Below, one piece after another: positions 23,820-39,094 of a DNA stretch of 64,000 nucleotides. The stretch is from Chrysomallon squamiferum. Taxonomy: Eukaryota > Animalia > Mollusca. Each line of letters starts with the position of its first letter. The stretch's first letter is position 1. The stretch spans positions 7,750,001-7,814,000 of the forward strand of contig CM022666.1 in NCBI GenBank assembly GCA_012295275.1, in the 5' to 3' direction. The notes beneath the pieces are model-generated. The model did no database searches. It worked only from the letters and a program-made list of their open reading frames with translations, and was not told the DNA's origin. A program made the translations under genes and the position numbers.

Positions 23820-26549
23820 CAGTTTTATTTTATTCTTTATTTTTTTTTTTTTTTTAAACTTTATTTCTCTTTTCTTTCTGGTATCATTAATCTTTTTGTC
23901 TTTCTCTAACATTAATGTCCGTGCATAAATACAATCTTAACCCAGATATTTGTAGCATACCATAAATATTTTTAACGTAACCTTAGGCAATATCTCTCGT
24001 ATGTAATAAGTGGCTGATATTTTAATCCTGATATTAAATCTAATTATATTCAACAGCATTTATTACAGATAATATATATGTATGTATGTATATGCATGTA
24101 TGTATGTGTGTGTGTACGTGTGTCAGATTGTTTTGTCTCAGTAATTTCTTTCTGTTTAAGTATTATTTTGTTTATTTTTTTTTTTACATATTTATATTGT
24201 TTGTCCTCTTTAATTATTATTTTTGCATTTTTTTTTTTAGATGTTGTTGTTCTTTTACCGACTTATATTATTATTTTGTTCTTTTACCGACTTATATTAT
24301 TATTTTGTTCTTTTTACCTTTTTATTATTTATATATCTTTTTTATTATTGTTTTTTTTTTGGTGGGGTTATGCTCTTTTTTACTTTTAATTATTTAATTA
24401 CTTTTCCCATTTTCTTACCATTTTTTCTCTTTTTCCTGTTAATATTTTTATTACTTTTCCTTACATAATTTTCTTTCCTTTTCTTACTTTTAATTACTTT
24501 TCTAATTTCATTTTCTTTTTTTTTCTTCCCTTAACTGTTTTTCTCAATTTATTTGTATTTGTTTTCACAGTATGAACTATAATGATGTATCTCGCCCCTC
24601 AAGTGTGTTATAAAAGGTGGTAATACACACTTGTCATAGGCCAGCCAGCTAGCTAGTAGAGCCAGACACATTATTTTCGTTTTCTCATAACCAACGCTTC
24701 GCTTGAGGCAAACAAATCATTCTGCCTTGTCACTGTGTCTGTCGTTGACAAAGTACAACTACTACCTCAACATGCGACAACTACAAGTCAAGTATACAAG
24801 CGAAAATAGCTTACATTTATTCTTTTGTGCAAAAATATTGTGTCCAACAGCTTAGAATACTTACGGAAATTCAGAACTCATTGAAAGGACATACTTCTTA
24901 TTTGAATAGCTTCTGTCCTCATAGACTAGATCCTGAAAGAGTCAAAATTGTTCAGAAATAACATTTAGAACTGAACAGTTGATGTTTGAAAGTTCTGAAT
25001 AGAGTATGAAATAAGGTATGGACGTGGCTTGAATATTTATTTATTTATTATGTATATATATGTATATAATCTTAGTGTCCGAAAAGAGTTAGAATTGTTT
25101 AAAAATGCTATTCAGAACTGAACAGTTTTCAGCTGGATTGCTTTAAGAATAGTCTATATTTGACAGTATTGAATTCAGAAGTGTCTAAACTTAATTCATT
25201 GACATTCCTTGAATAATTATTTTTCATGTCTCTGTATACTAAAATAGTCAAAATTATTTGCTTTTTCACACTGAATAGCTTGTGTCTGACTGCTTTGAAT
25301 AAAGAAAGGGTTAAGAATGTAAGGAATAACTGTTGCATGAATAGCTTATATTGTATAGCTCAAAGGTTTTACATAAGTTGAAGATATTTCAACATGGAAT
25401 TAATTTTTTCTTTAAAATGACCTATTGTAATGGTTTTTAATAAAACAAAAATCTTAAATTATTCAAAAAACAACAAACAACAACATTGATGAGTTAGTTT
25501 GCTTGTTATTGCTGAAGTTAGAGAATAAAAAGACGGTTTATATATAAATGATGTTCATTGTTAGTTGTTACAAATACTGTGAATACCAAACATACAAAAT
25601 AGTATATTATATATGGTTGGTATCATATTGTTAAGTACTGAAAGTGCTATACATGTTGTATCTTACAGGTAAAATACTTCTTAGGTCAAAATTATAGGCA
25701 GAGTCCTTTCAACTACTGGTAATTATGTGAATAACATGTCTAAAGATTCTAGATGAAATACAAGTAAAATATAGGGTTGTATTACCTTCATTTATTTTCT
25801 GCACACCAGATCACACATACTGCGTATACAGTCTCTTGAATATGGCCACCTTGTTGTGTGATCAGCCTTGACATTGTTTTGGAATATGAAACTTGATTTG
25901 AAATATAATCCATCTTTGAAAATCGATGCACACACAAAAGTACAGTTGACCTTTACCTTTGACCTGTTGCTGAAACATGACCACTGTTTCAAAGTAATCA
26001 GTCACCTGTCAATAACACAATCTAACTATCTAGTATCACCGACCTGCACATTGTGACCACCTTCTGTAACACAACCCATATTTTAATCTACTATTGACCT
26101 CTGCTCTTTTGTCACCCTTTTAATGCAGCGCTTTCGATCAGTACAATATTCACCTCTGCAATATGACCACTTTCATATTATTCATCTTTCATTACATCAC
26201 TCATGATCACATCTGTCATATGGCCCATTGTTCAGTACAACAATCACCTCTGCATTGTGACCACTTCTGTAATGTGACTCATCTTACAGTTATATTATTT
26301 CTTTATGCACTATGACTACTTTTGTTCATTGTATCACATTACCCTAATAAGACTTGCCTCTGCAATGTGACACCTTGAAATTATGGCCTATCTTTAACAT
26401 ACCACACACCTTTGAAATATGACAGCTATACCTTGTTAATATAATAACCTCTACAAAATGCAGTATGATTAACCATACATTGTGACCAACAACTGGAACA
26501 TGATACCTTTTTAATTTAGGATTTATCTAAAACATAAAATTCAGGAATA

Positions 26550-26589
<40 letters not shown>

Positions 26590-27094
26590 CTAACCTTTAG
26601 AATAAGATACCCTCATAATAAAGTAACATATGCCTCAAAGTATATGTCATACCTCTAAAATATGACTGACCTCATTGTTATGAACAAACCTTTGAAATAT
26701 GAAACCTTTATAAAGTGACCACTCTAAGATGTATCACATACCTTTGTTATAACAGCCCACCTTTTTAATACAAGCAACCTCTACAATAAAGCCCATTAAT
26801 AATATGACTCACCTCTGTTATGTGACCAGTCTTAAATATAACCTTATCAGCAAAAAAAAAAAAAAAAAAAGTAAATTTCTTTTTTCAGTTTTCAACATCT
26901 GTGAACTATTTCAAGTTCAGTAATTTCTCACATCTTTTTTTGTGTCTGTTTTTTTCTCTCTCTCTCTCTCTCTTTTTTTTTTCTTAAATTTCCTTTTCTT
27001 TTGAAGAATATTTTCCTTTGTAAGAAAATTCTGCCTCTTTCAGTAATGCTGTGTGGAACAAAACTTGTACAACTGTTGCACATTTTTGTGACAA

Positions 27095-27440
27095 CTGTTA
27101 CTCTTATTAACATTAACTGTTATTTTTTATGTTAGGGTTACTCTTTTTCATTTTGGGTTTACTCTTTTTTTTAAATTGACTGTTATTCTTTTTTATATTA
27201 GGGTTACTATTTTTTATATTGGGGTTACTCTTTTTGTATTTTATGGTTATTCTTTTTGATTAGAGGTTACTCTTTTTGCATTAGGGTTACTCTTTTTATA
27301 TTGGGGTTACTCTTTTTGTATTGTGGTTATTCTTTTTTATTAGGGGTTACTCTTTTTGTATTAGGGTTACTCTTTTTATATTGGGGTTACTCTTTTTTAA
27401 CACTGACTGTTATTCTTTTGCAGTAGGGATTACTGTTTTT
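27095..27440. repeat. ~21-bp minisatellite
   Basis: TT(A/G)GGGTTACTCTTTTT(A/G)TA, about 14 degenerate copies. Confidence 0.9.
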
Positions 27441-29894
27441 TATATCATGTGTCACACTTTTTATAAATACTGTTAAATTTAGTAACATTGTGTATTATTC
27501 TTTTCACAAATAATTTACAAAAGCAACAAACACAAAAATACTTTAAACTAAGCAACATGAACATGTTAACTTTTTATGTAAACTGTTATACTTAATTACA
27601 TCACAAGTTACTTTTTTTTTTTTTTTTTTCATATGTTACACTTATCACACATGCTGTTACTGCTTAGCAATTCTTACTCTTTACAAAATGTTATTGCACT
27701 TTTTAAATCAATGGCATCTGTATTGCTAAACCTTTGACTTAAAGAAATCTAAAAAAAAAAGACAAAAAAGAAGACAAAACTGGCGTAAGAACATTGGTCA
27801 ATACTGATGAATAAACGCAGCAGATGTATGGCTGACTGAAAGAGGCTGCTGTTGTCACTTCAGCTGCTAGACAGGGCTGTTGTAGTGTGGCTGAACTGAG
27901 CGCTGAGGTCGTGAAAAGGGGAGTAAATCAAATCAGAGCTGTCAAAGTTAGATGCAGAGCTGCTGTAAATGTCGTTTCTCCGTCTTTGCTCTCCGCTCGA
28001 ACAAAAAAAGGAGTAGATACTGAAATTAGACTTTGTTGTATATATATATAAAAAAGATAAAGGTTGTGATGGAGGGGTTGGTGGAGGGTGTAAGATTTGG
28101 GAGAGTGGATCATTTGAGATATAGGAAGAAATGAGGAATATATGGGGAAGGGGTTAGGGGTCAGATTTGAGAAGAAATGGGAGGTGTAAAATATGAAGAG
28201 GACTGAGGGTGTAAGATATATACATAAAAAAAATCTATATACATATATATATATGTAAAACATGCATATATTACTTACATGTAGATAGTTACAAAAACTC
28301 AATGAATGAACCTTTCTCTCTATTTTGAATATTAATTCTGTTTAATTAAATAATTAAAACCTAGAAAATGTATGACATTTAAATTTGTACAAATGTGTGT
28401 GTGTTGTGAAAAAAAAAAAAAAAAAAATTGTTTAGTTAGTAAAGTATAACACAGTAAAAATTATTATCAAAGACACACACAAAAAAAAAAACAGTCTTCC
28501 TTTAATTAATCAATTTTTTTTGGGGGTTTAGACATGATTTTAGAAATGCCAAAAAATTAAATAAAGACAGAAGAATAAAGGTTGTTACCATGGAAACACA
28601 GTAACTGTTACAGCCTTTCATTTCTTCACCTTCTTTTTTTTCTGAGTTAAAGTGTGTTTCTCTCATAAATATTGTAGATGGTGAGATATAGAATATATTA
28701 CATGGGTGTAGATACGATGAGTATCTGACAGCCAGACAGTAAATGGTGTAGTATGACTCAGCATTATGATAATTAGATAATTCCCTGTCATGTTTGATCT
28801 CCGAAGTTTTTGATGTATATGTATTTAAGTGTCTTGGCTGTTTAGTATCACTGGCGTCTGATGGACTGCTGGTTCAATTCAGGCTGTTGGACAGTTTGTG
28901 GTATTTCTGTTTTAAACTGCATCTTAATGTTAGTTTTTGATTCTTGTTGTTAATGTAATCATAAAATAAACTAATGTAGCTGATTTAAAAAGAACAAAAA
29001 AATTATTTTCCTGTACTTGAAGTGTCAAAAATATAAAATCATTTTTATCCCATTCTAAAAGGAGTTCAGAGCTGGAAATGATTATTTTTGGTTGTTGTTG
29101 TTGTATGTTTTGTTTTGTTTTGTTAACTCTTGTATATGGCACAAATCTTTACCATTTGTACAGATTTATTTACCTAACTTTATAAAAGTCTTACCTGGAT
29201 GTTAAGAATTGCCTGATTTGTTCCTGGTTGTTATGAACTACCAGATTCTGTGAAAAAGTTTTACCTGTTAGAAATTAGCTAATAACATTTGACCTGTCTG
29301 ATAATTTACCAAACTGACAGCAATTACCTATACACTGTTTTCTTATTGTTATGAACTATTATTAATCTTGTTATTATTATTATTATTTATTAACAAATAT
29401 TTTTTATTGGCTTTTATAAATTATTATCTATAAAGTTTTCTCAGAATCTGTGCCTAAATTTTTTCACCTGAATAATATTATGAATTACCTGACGTTGTGA
29501 TTCTTTACCTGGCTATTAAAAAGTTACCTGAATTCCCAAAGGAAGTGATTATGGTGTGCGTTTCTCAATGGGGCTTTATTCCTTTACATGAAAACTAGGA
29601 GCAGATGTTCCATGTGTTTAACTGGAACATGGAACAAGAACTTCTCACATTCCACTGGAACAGGAATCATCTGTTTCCTCTTTAAGGTGGTCATTATTCT
29701 GCTGATGTTCATAACACTTTAAATTCAGTTTAAAAAAATAAATAAAATAAAAGTTATCCTGTTGCCCAGGTATTCAGTTGTTTCAGGAAGAGGTAATGAT
29801 GTTTGGGTAGACAGTGTGGCAAAATGACTTCACCTGTATCTCTCAGTTTGTTAGGAGTCCAGTTTTGTTTTTAATGACTGTTTGTTGAGGGTAA

Positions 29895-30143
<249 letters not shown>

Positions 30144-31187
30144 ATGGATTGAGAATGGGATAAAGAGACCTAACACAGAAGCAGGATTGGAATGGGATAA
30201 CACTCCTAACACAGAAGCAGCATGACTTCTTATTTTTTTATGTAATATAATCAAAAGAAACACCATGTGTGACTTTAAAACCAGCCCAAAACAAAAGTGA
30301 ACAATGCACATTCCAGTACCTGCCTACCTGAATACACCTTGAACTGGGCGGGGACCTTTCCATCAAGTCCTCATTGACCTTCAGCCCCCCACAGCCGGCT
30401 GATGAAAGGTGAGTCGAGTGGCGTGTGGCAGACAGCCGGGTGTGGGGGCTGGGTGGGTGGGGAGAATCATTAACTGACCTGTGGGCAGAGGGAAACGGGA
30501 TGCGAGCTGTGGACAGATGTCCAGTGAACTTTTAAGTATTTTTTTATTCCAACATCTGTCGGAAGTGAAGCAATTATAAAGTTAATAAAAATTTCTTCTT
30601 CTTCTTTTTTTTTTTTTCTTCTTCTTTTCTTTTCTTAATGATACTGAGAATAATAATCTGACACTGTAGAAGACTTCCTGTTGTTTTTGTCTTTTTTTTA
30701 ACCTTTTGTCTGAAGAATATGAAGAAGAAAAATATATGAAACTTGAGAGAGAAAACTAATTGTCTGAGGGTACTTTTGTTTATTTGTCTCTGTGGGTAAG
30801 TGCTGGGATACATTTGATGGGTACTCCACATTGTTCATGATCGTGGTTGATGAATATGGTGGCTACTTAAACTGTTTGTTCTTTATCTTGGTGGGCAAGA
30901 TGTGGGTATTTATTCTTATTATTTGTTCATGGACATTTTGATGCGTACTCTTCATCACTTTGTTCATTATTTCGGTTGGCAGTTTTGATGGGTTCTTATA
31001 TTGAATTATTTTTTGAGTGCAGTGAGTACTTATTTTGTTTTGTTGTTTATTAAATTTTTTTTATTTTTTTTATTTATAGTTTGGTTGTTTATATTTTATG
31101 AAACTGAATACAATCTAAGTTCAAAAATTAGTTTTGAAATTGTATTTTGCAGTGGTTATGCTTTTAAAATTTATTTTTATATTTAAA

Positions 31188-31233
<46 letters not shown>

Positions 31234-32846
31234 GTGTATGTGTGTGTATTAAGTATGTATGTGTGTTTGTGTGTGTATGTATGTATGTATGTATGTATGT
31301 ATGTGTATATATTGATATAAGCATTACTTTCCCATTTGTAAAGTAAAATTTTCATCTGTCTGCAAGTCTGTGCATATATCTGTGTTTCATAACTGCATCA
31401 TGCACCAGTTCAATACATACCTTCCTTCAACATGTCATTTTTCAGTTGTTATTCATCTGTTACAGTATTTTTCCATCACACCTAACTTTCTTCTCCCATT
31501 CTTATTATAATCAGGCACCATCTTGGTTTCACTGTTATTTGAAAAAGCGATTATTCTTCTTCTGATCTGATGATGGAGGAAGTAAAAAAAAAAAAAAAAG
31601 GGATAAAAAGGTTTTAATAATAAAATAATTGATTCCAGTTGTCAGCAGGTGTTCTGTGTTCCTGTTCTTCTGGAACAAACAGGGTGACATATTGGGACAA
31701 ACAGGGTGACATATTGGAACACACTGGGTGAGGTGTGGTACCAGATGTGCCTGCTTGTTCCTTTGACAACCCCATGAGGAAACTGTTAACAGATGTGAGA
31801 CAGGGGGGGGGGAGCGGTGACAGTGTTGGAAATGAGAAGTTTTGATTTTAATCAACATTCCAAATCAGATGGAAGGATATGGATTAGTTTCTGTTAAATT
31901 TGTTGAAAAATGGTACTTTTTATTTTTATTTATCTGTTTAAAAGAAATTTATATATTTTTTTCTTTTTATTCATCTTAGTATTGTTATCATTATCATAAC
32001 AAAAATAACATTGAAAACAAAATAAAAAATACCCTGCCTCAATCTGCCTTTCTAACATTAGAGAATAATAAATTAAATTCCTTTCCTAACAGCACCATGT
32101 AAATTTAAAAAAAATAAAATAAAAATCATTCAGTCTCAAAGACAAAACTGATTTGAAAATGAAGGACATACTTAATCTGTTGTCCTAAAAGAACAAAACC
32201 TGACCCACCATTTAAATTCCAAAAGATCAAAACCCCATCATTTTGATTTTTATTATTTAAAAAAAGAAAAACAAGAAAGAGAACGAAGCTTCACATACGA
32301 GTGTAAAGAACTTTCCCAAATGCTCTGTCTTGCACTCTGTACAGCTGTTCTGTTACGAATGCTGTTCCTAAAGTTGTTCCAAGCACTGTAATACAGATAA
32401 TGAAATGCTTGGAATGCTTCAGAAGGATTTTACTGGGAATTTGGTCTACTTCCAACTCTTCTTGGCTGAACTATGTTTTTTTTTCAATTTTTTTTTTTTT
32501 TTTTATTTTACGGTCCTAATGATATAACTCCAGTATAATACACCTGACCTTGTTCAAGAACCACAGATAACGTTTTCAGATGTTAGATATTGCTTTTTAA
32601 TGCATTGTCATGTAATACTTTTTTTCCCTTCTTTGTCTTTTTTTTTATTGTTTTTGTTTCTTTTAAATTTAAGAGGAATATTTTAAAATGTTTTTATTGT
32701 GAAGGGTATTATTACATAGTTGCAAGAGAAGATTTAATTTTGTGAATGAAACTTTAGTTTAGGATTTGTTGTTTCATTCTCCTTCTTTCTCATTCTGTCT
32801 GATATACATCCTTTTTTTTTCAAATGATATATTCAGTCTCTCTCTT

Positions 32847-32936
<90 letters not shown>

Positions 32937-35900
32937 TTAGAATAAACTCTTACAAATTAATTTTTAAAAATAACCAGTTTCAAGAGAATGGACTTTCGTC
33001 CATCTTTATTTCTTTTACTCCTCAAAGTCCAGTCTTGTCTTTTTTAACTTTTTTTTTTGTTCATCTTGTCTCAAAACCGAATCTGTAAAATTGACACACA
33101 AGCCAAAGACACTGGTTTCTAATTCAAGACTGAGAACACAGAGGACAAACACACTGTGTGTGTGTGTGTTGGTGTGAAGAAGTGCTAGGAATTCTCGTGT
33201 TGGTTTTTCACTTGGTTGGATGAAACTGTTGGGAAAACAACAGTTTTAAACGTTGACACTGGATTTAATCATATTGGCGAGACTCGCACACCAAGGGCAT
33301 GCAACAGACATGGCTGCCAACTCTTCATTGTCTGCTTTATCAGTTGTTATTTAACATTGACTGTAAGAACATGTGAGAAAAGCTGAAAGGGGATGTGACC
33401 CCGAGACCTAGGGATTATCAGTTTTTTCGTTTAACCATTGAATTGCTGTTGTTCTGTGTTAATCGGCAACCATGCTGGTGAACTTATTTATAAAGTACTT
33501 TTTTAGTTCTAATTTGTGTATTTCGGATTGTGTGTGTGTGTGTGTGTGTGTGTGGATATATGTACATATGTATGTACTTAGATTTGTATGAGTATGTGTC
33601 TGTGTATGTATAAATATGCACACACACATGCATGCATGTATGTGGGTAAGTATTATATTTAAAAATTAAACTGTTTTTTCATTTTTCTTTTTTCACTTTT
33701 AATATTCTTCACATTGAAAAAAACAGCAATCTTGGCATGAAACATAATTGAAATAACCTTTTATTTATTTATTTATTTATTCATTTATTCATTTTCATTT
33801 TTATTATTTTATTTTATTTTATTTTATTTGCTTTTATTATATTTTTGCAGTGTACAAACAATAAACCTGTTTGAAAAAAGAAAAAAAAAAAAAAAACTAA
33901 TAAAAGTAAAAAATTTAAAATTTCATTTCATTTAAAATTTAAAAAACAAAGAAAAAACAGTTTTTCGTCAAATGTGATTTTAAAAAAAAATTAATCGAAG
34001 AACAAAACTTGAAAAAGATAAAAATCTGTCTTGTCCTTTGTGTGCATTTAATGTAAATAACACAAACATGAATATTTGATATATATATAAACATAAATAA
34101 CATTGAAACTGACTCCAGTTCAAATATTTATTTATTTACTTTTCCCTTAAATTTATTTTATTTTATTTTATTGTGTGGTTTGTTTGTTTATTTATTTTAA
34201 TTTTGTTGTTGTTTAAAATAATCAGTACTGGCAGGAATTTGCCTCTAAGAAATAATTAAATCTATTACACAGATGTAATAAATATATTATAAATTATTTG
34301 TTTCTAAAAATCTTTAGTTATTAATGTTTTTATTTTCGGTACAAATGACACAAAAATTGAAAATAAATTCTAATCATTTACCACTGAACAAGAACAAAAT
34401 GAACTCCAATTTCTACCTATAATATTAATAACATGAACATAAATTTGCTTTAAAATATATTAAAACTGAAGATAATTTATTTGACTTTTGTACAAATAGG
34501 ACAATCTCAATGTGTTTGCAAAAAGATTTTATAAAAGTAAAGAACTAAATAAATTAAAAACATAAATAATTTGCTTTAAAAACATTAAAATTGAATTCAA
34601 TTTTGATTTATAATTTTTTTTTTTAATCTATATTTGTACAAAGTGTACAAGCTTAAACAGAACTGAAAATAAAAAAAATAATGAACTAAACAAATCAGAA
34701 ATAAAATTGATTGGACATTTTTTTTTTAACCAAATATACAAATACTACAAATTAAACTTGTTTGAAAACAAAAATAATGACAATCACATAAATAAATCAA
34801 AGTTGTAAACAACAAAAAATGAATGTAATTTTAATTTTTCATTCAGCACATAACTTGGTTTTTAAAAAAAGAAAAAAAAAAAAACTTTGTTTATTGTTGC
34901 AGTTTTTCAGCTATATCAGTTACTTTTCAAATTCATTTTTTTAAATTTTATGGGTGTTTTTTATTGGGTTTTTTTTTTTTTTCATTTGACTTGTTTTGTC
35001 GTAAAGCTTTGTCTACACTGTAAAGCTGCTGAGAATAGATGAATGTAAGAAGAAAAAGAATTTTTACAAACCAAAAAATAATGTAAAGAAAATGAAAAGC
35101 AGAGGCTTGACATTCTATTCTATGAAGCTTATATAAAATCACTGACTTGTTTAACTTCCGTTCAGTGAACATGAAAAAAGAAGTCAGTCATTTTTATAAT
35201 ACAACTTTTAACAAACAGACAAAAAAAAAAAAAAAAAAGAAAAAAACAAAATGATTTTTCAAAAAAAGATCAGCAGTCAGGTGAAAAAAAAAAAAGAAAA
35301 TGTTAAAGGTGCAAATACAAAAATGAATTTTTAAAAAGAAAAAAAAGAAAGGCCAGCCCTGAAAAAAATAACATTTTTTAAAAGTATAAAAACTTTTCAC
35401 AAAGCTGAAATGATTTTTTTAAAATGGAAGATTTTACAATACAAGTAAAAGTAAGTTCATATAGTGCATAGATTAAAATGATTTTTTTTTTAAAAAGATA
35501 AGAAAAAAGTGATACTGGTAATAAAAAAAGTTTATTACAGACCTATATAAACTTGCAACAAAACTAAAATAGTTTAAAACTTTCTGAAAAAGAAACAAAA
35601 GAGATGGAATAAAGAAAAGGAAGTTAATTTCAGAGGTGTATAAATAAGTTTATAACAAATTTAAACATAAATATTCAGTAAAGCTATCATGCTCTTTAAT
35701 TTTAAACAAAAAATATTGACAGTTGTGGTGTTGGTTAACAAAAAAAAAAAAAAGAATAAATAAAAAGCTCAGTTTTTTTGCAGAAGCCTATTTCCCAATC
35801 CAGCATGTACTCTGACTGGCATCAAAGGCTGGAATAATTTATTTTCTCTTTATTAAATCAAAAATGAAAGATCTGTAACTTATAATCAATAAAGGTAACC

Positions 35901-37287
35901 TACAACTGGTTTTTACATCTCACGACAAATGTTAAGATTACAAAATTCAGGTAAATAACATCAAATAGTAGCTAATATTAAAACTGCCATTAAATAAACA
36001 TCCATTAATTCATTTTTCAATACCAGTCATATTACCCAGTGGACTGGTATTGATAATTTTTTAATGTGTCAATATTTATATTTTTCAAAACACACTCAGC
36101 GCACATAATTAATAACTGACAGAATAATTAGTGTTGATTTTTTATAAAAGATCACTGTTGATAACTAATTGATTATTAAACTGACTAATGTAAATTAAAT
36201 TTCCCTTATTAATGTGTTTTTCTTTTTTCTGAAAGAAGTATTGATAAGTTTGTATTGATTTTGTTTTTAATTTCAAATGATATTTAGTCTAATGATGTTG
36301 ATGGATTTTTTTATTTTTACTGGTCCTGCTATTGATAGTTTTAAGATGTCTTGTATTTGATGTTTTCAAGATATCTTGTAATTGATTAATTTAAATTGTC
36401 TTGTAATTGATATTTTTACTTTAGCTAATAATTGATAATTTCTGTCTCTGTTGTCAGTCATATTACTTGTCTTACTGTTGATACTTTTTTTATTACAATT
36501 GATTTTTTTTTTATTTCTATAAACTATTGACTGCTAATTATAAAATAATTAACTCTTTTATTTTTTTAATTATCTCTTAATTTGCAATTGTCTTATAATC
36601 TGATGACTTCCACATGTTCATCAATTGATAACTTCTGATCATCTTCCAGCTGACAATTTGTGTCTTGTTATTGATACTGTTGATGATATTCATTTCATAA
36701 CAAACTTCCAACCATCCTTCAACAACATTAACCTAATCTTTAATAAGTGACCTTTGACCTGCGATTATTTAGGCACGACTATCACCATTACTGTCCTTTG
36801 TGATTGGTAATGACTGGCTGACTATTGATGATCGATCATCACATTAATTAGCTTGTATATCTGCAAGCATTTGGCAGAGATTAATCAAATTGCCTAAGAC
36901 TGTCAATACTGGTACAAGAAAACCCTGTGTACATGGCTTCCAGGCGAAATCCAATTGTCTGAAGCTACTTAAATAATACAAGTTAGAAGTGCCAGATAAA
37001 CTCAGTAGAGATGCACTAAATGTGCAATATAAGAGGCCCACTGTGGGTTTGGGGAAATGTTAGTTTGACTTTCTTTTCATTATTTTGATTATTATTATTA
37101 TTATTGTTATTGTTATTGTTGTTATTATTATTATTGTTATTGTTATTGTTATTGTTATTGTTATTGTTATTTTGTTATTTTCTTTGTTATATTAAAGAGT
37201 TTAAAATTATCTTTAAAAGAAAGAAAGAAAGAAAGAAATGTGAAAAAATATAAACACAAAACAGAATATCTTTCTTTATTTAAATTA

Positions 37288-37321
<34 letters not shown>

Positions 37322-37594
37322 CATCATCATCATTATTGTTATTATAATTATTATAATTTTTTGGATTATTTATTTATTATTTATGGTTTATTTTGTTACA
37401 ATTTTAGTCTTGTATTTATAAAGTTAGAATTTGTGTATCTGCAATAAAGTACTAAGTGAAAAACAATAATTTACAGTAACAAAACAAATAAATAAACAAA
37501 TAAATTATTAAATAAATAAATCTGATACATATTCTCCCACTTTATTCTTCCATACACCTCCATAAAACAAAAAAAAATAAAATAACAGAAAATA

Positions 37595-37680
37595 ATATCT
37601 TCACTCTTTAATAAACCAGATATCGGGGAGCTGGTTGGAATGGGAGATTACTATCAAACCACTGATAGCATCAACTTTTG
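37595..37680 (-). mobile_element. SINE fragment, same family
   Basis: CTTTAATAAACCAG...GCTGGTTGGAATGGGAGAT resembles the reverse complement of the 3390-3433 and 13960-14000 segments. Confidence 0.4.
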
Positions 37681-38185
37681 ATACACCACACATTAGAGCA
37701 GTGTCTTACTATTAAGTTTGGGCTTGATTCCAATAATAAACCACTGTACAGATGTGAATAACTGTTGAATTTATCTTCATTGTACACGGAATTAGGAAAA
37801 TAACAAGATGTTCCTGAATTTATTAAGACCGCTGGGAACATAGCTGGCTTTGTGTTATAAAATAAACAGTAGATTAATCTACATTCTTTCTACATGTCTG
37901 TGTTTATAAGGAAGTCGTTAAAAACAGTGACAGTCTATTTGCTTATTGTAAGAAACAAGTCATGTTATGCAGGGTTTTTCGTGGTAAGCATGTACATGAA
38001 TTATGGGTAGAGTAATTTCTGTTGTTTTAATGGATGTGTGAATGGTTGACATTATTAACATGGTGTTAATTATGTTAACATATAACACACTGTTTTATAT
38101 GCTCGTTATTTCACATATGATTTATGTTATTTTATATATATATATGCAAAAGCACACATCACACAGACATTTATATGTATGTAAA

Positions 38186-38224
<39 letters not shown>

Positions 38225-39050
38225 TATTTTTTTATCATATACTGAATAACATATGACTGGTAACTGTTTGTATATGTTGATATGGGTGTATGTAAATAAA
38301 TATGTGTATGTGTGTGTGTGCATGTTTGTTCCAAAATCATTTACATTAATTTATTTAGATTAATTAAATCTATGTACAATCCTAATTTTAAACTTATTAA
38401 ACAAAATATATATATATTTTTTTTTTTAAATTTTCAAACCAAAAAAAACAAACCCAACAAAAAAACAAATCCCCATAACCTTTAAAAGGCCTCCAAAAAA
38501 TTGTACTCATTACAAACCGAACTTGCCCAACGTTCTTTTTGAAGAATTCATAGGTTCTGAAGATTTTTATGGACGCACATAATTACACTTCTCCAGCACC
38601 AATCCAGCAAGAAGAAAAAAAAAATTAAAAAAAAAGCAAAAAAAAATAAAAAAAAATAAAAAAAAGCATTTGTGGGTCGTTTTAAAGCCTTAAAACCAGG
38701 ACTGAATGACTGCAGACTGTGCACGTGTTCTATGGGTTTGTTCTCTTCTCCTGCTCCAGTTTTATGACGGTCCTGTTTTTGTGCAGTGGCAAACTTCTTA
38801 TTGATCTCCCAGCCTTTTGGCGGAGAGTTTACTGCTGAAATCAGATTTTATAGTCTTTGTGGAAGGAGAAATATGAAATTAACTGTCACAGTTGTTAAAG
38901 AACTTCGGATCGAAAAGAGAGAGAGAACGGAAGAGGCGAGTTGAGAGGTGGGGGGTGTTGGTGTAGATAGATGGGGGAGAAGATGTTTCGTTTTTGAAGA
39001 CAAGATTGGAAGAGATGTTTGCTGTTTTATTATATTTGGTTGGTTGTATT

Positions 39051-39094
<44 letters not shown>

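Noticed and set aside
27095-27440. TTAGGG-containing repeats as an interstitial telomere
   Set aside because: TTAGGG occurs singly within a 21-bp unit, not as tandem hexamers.
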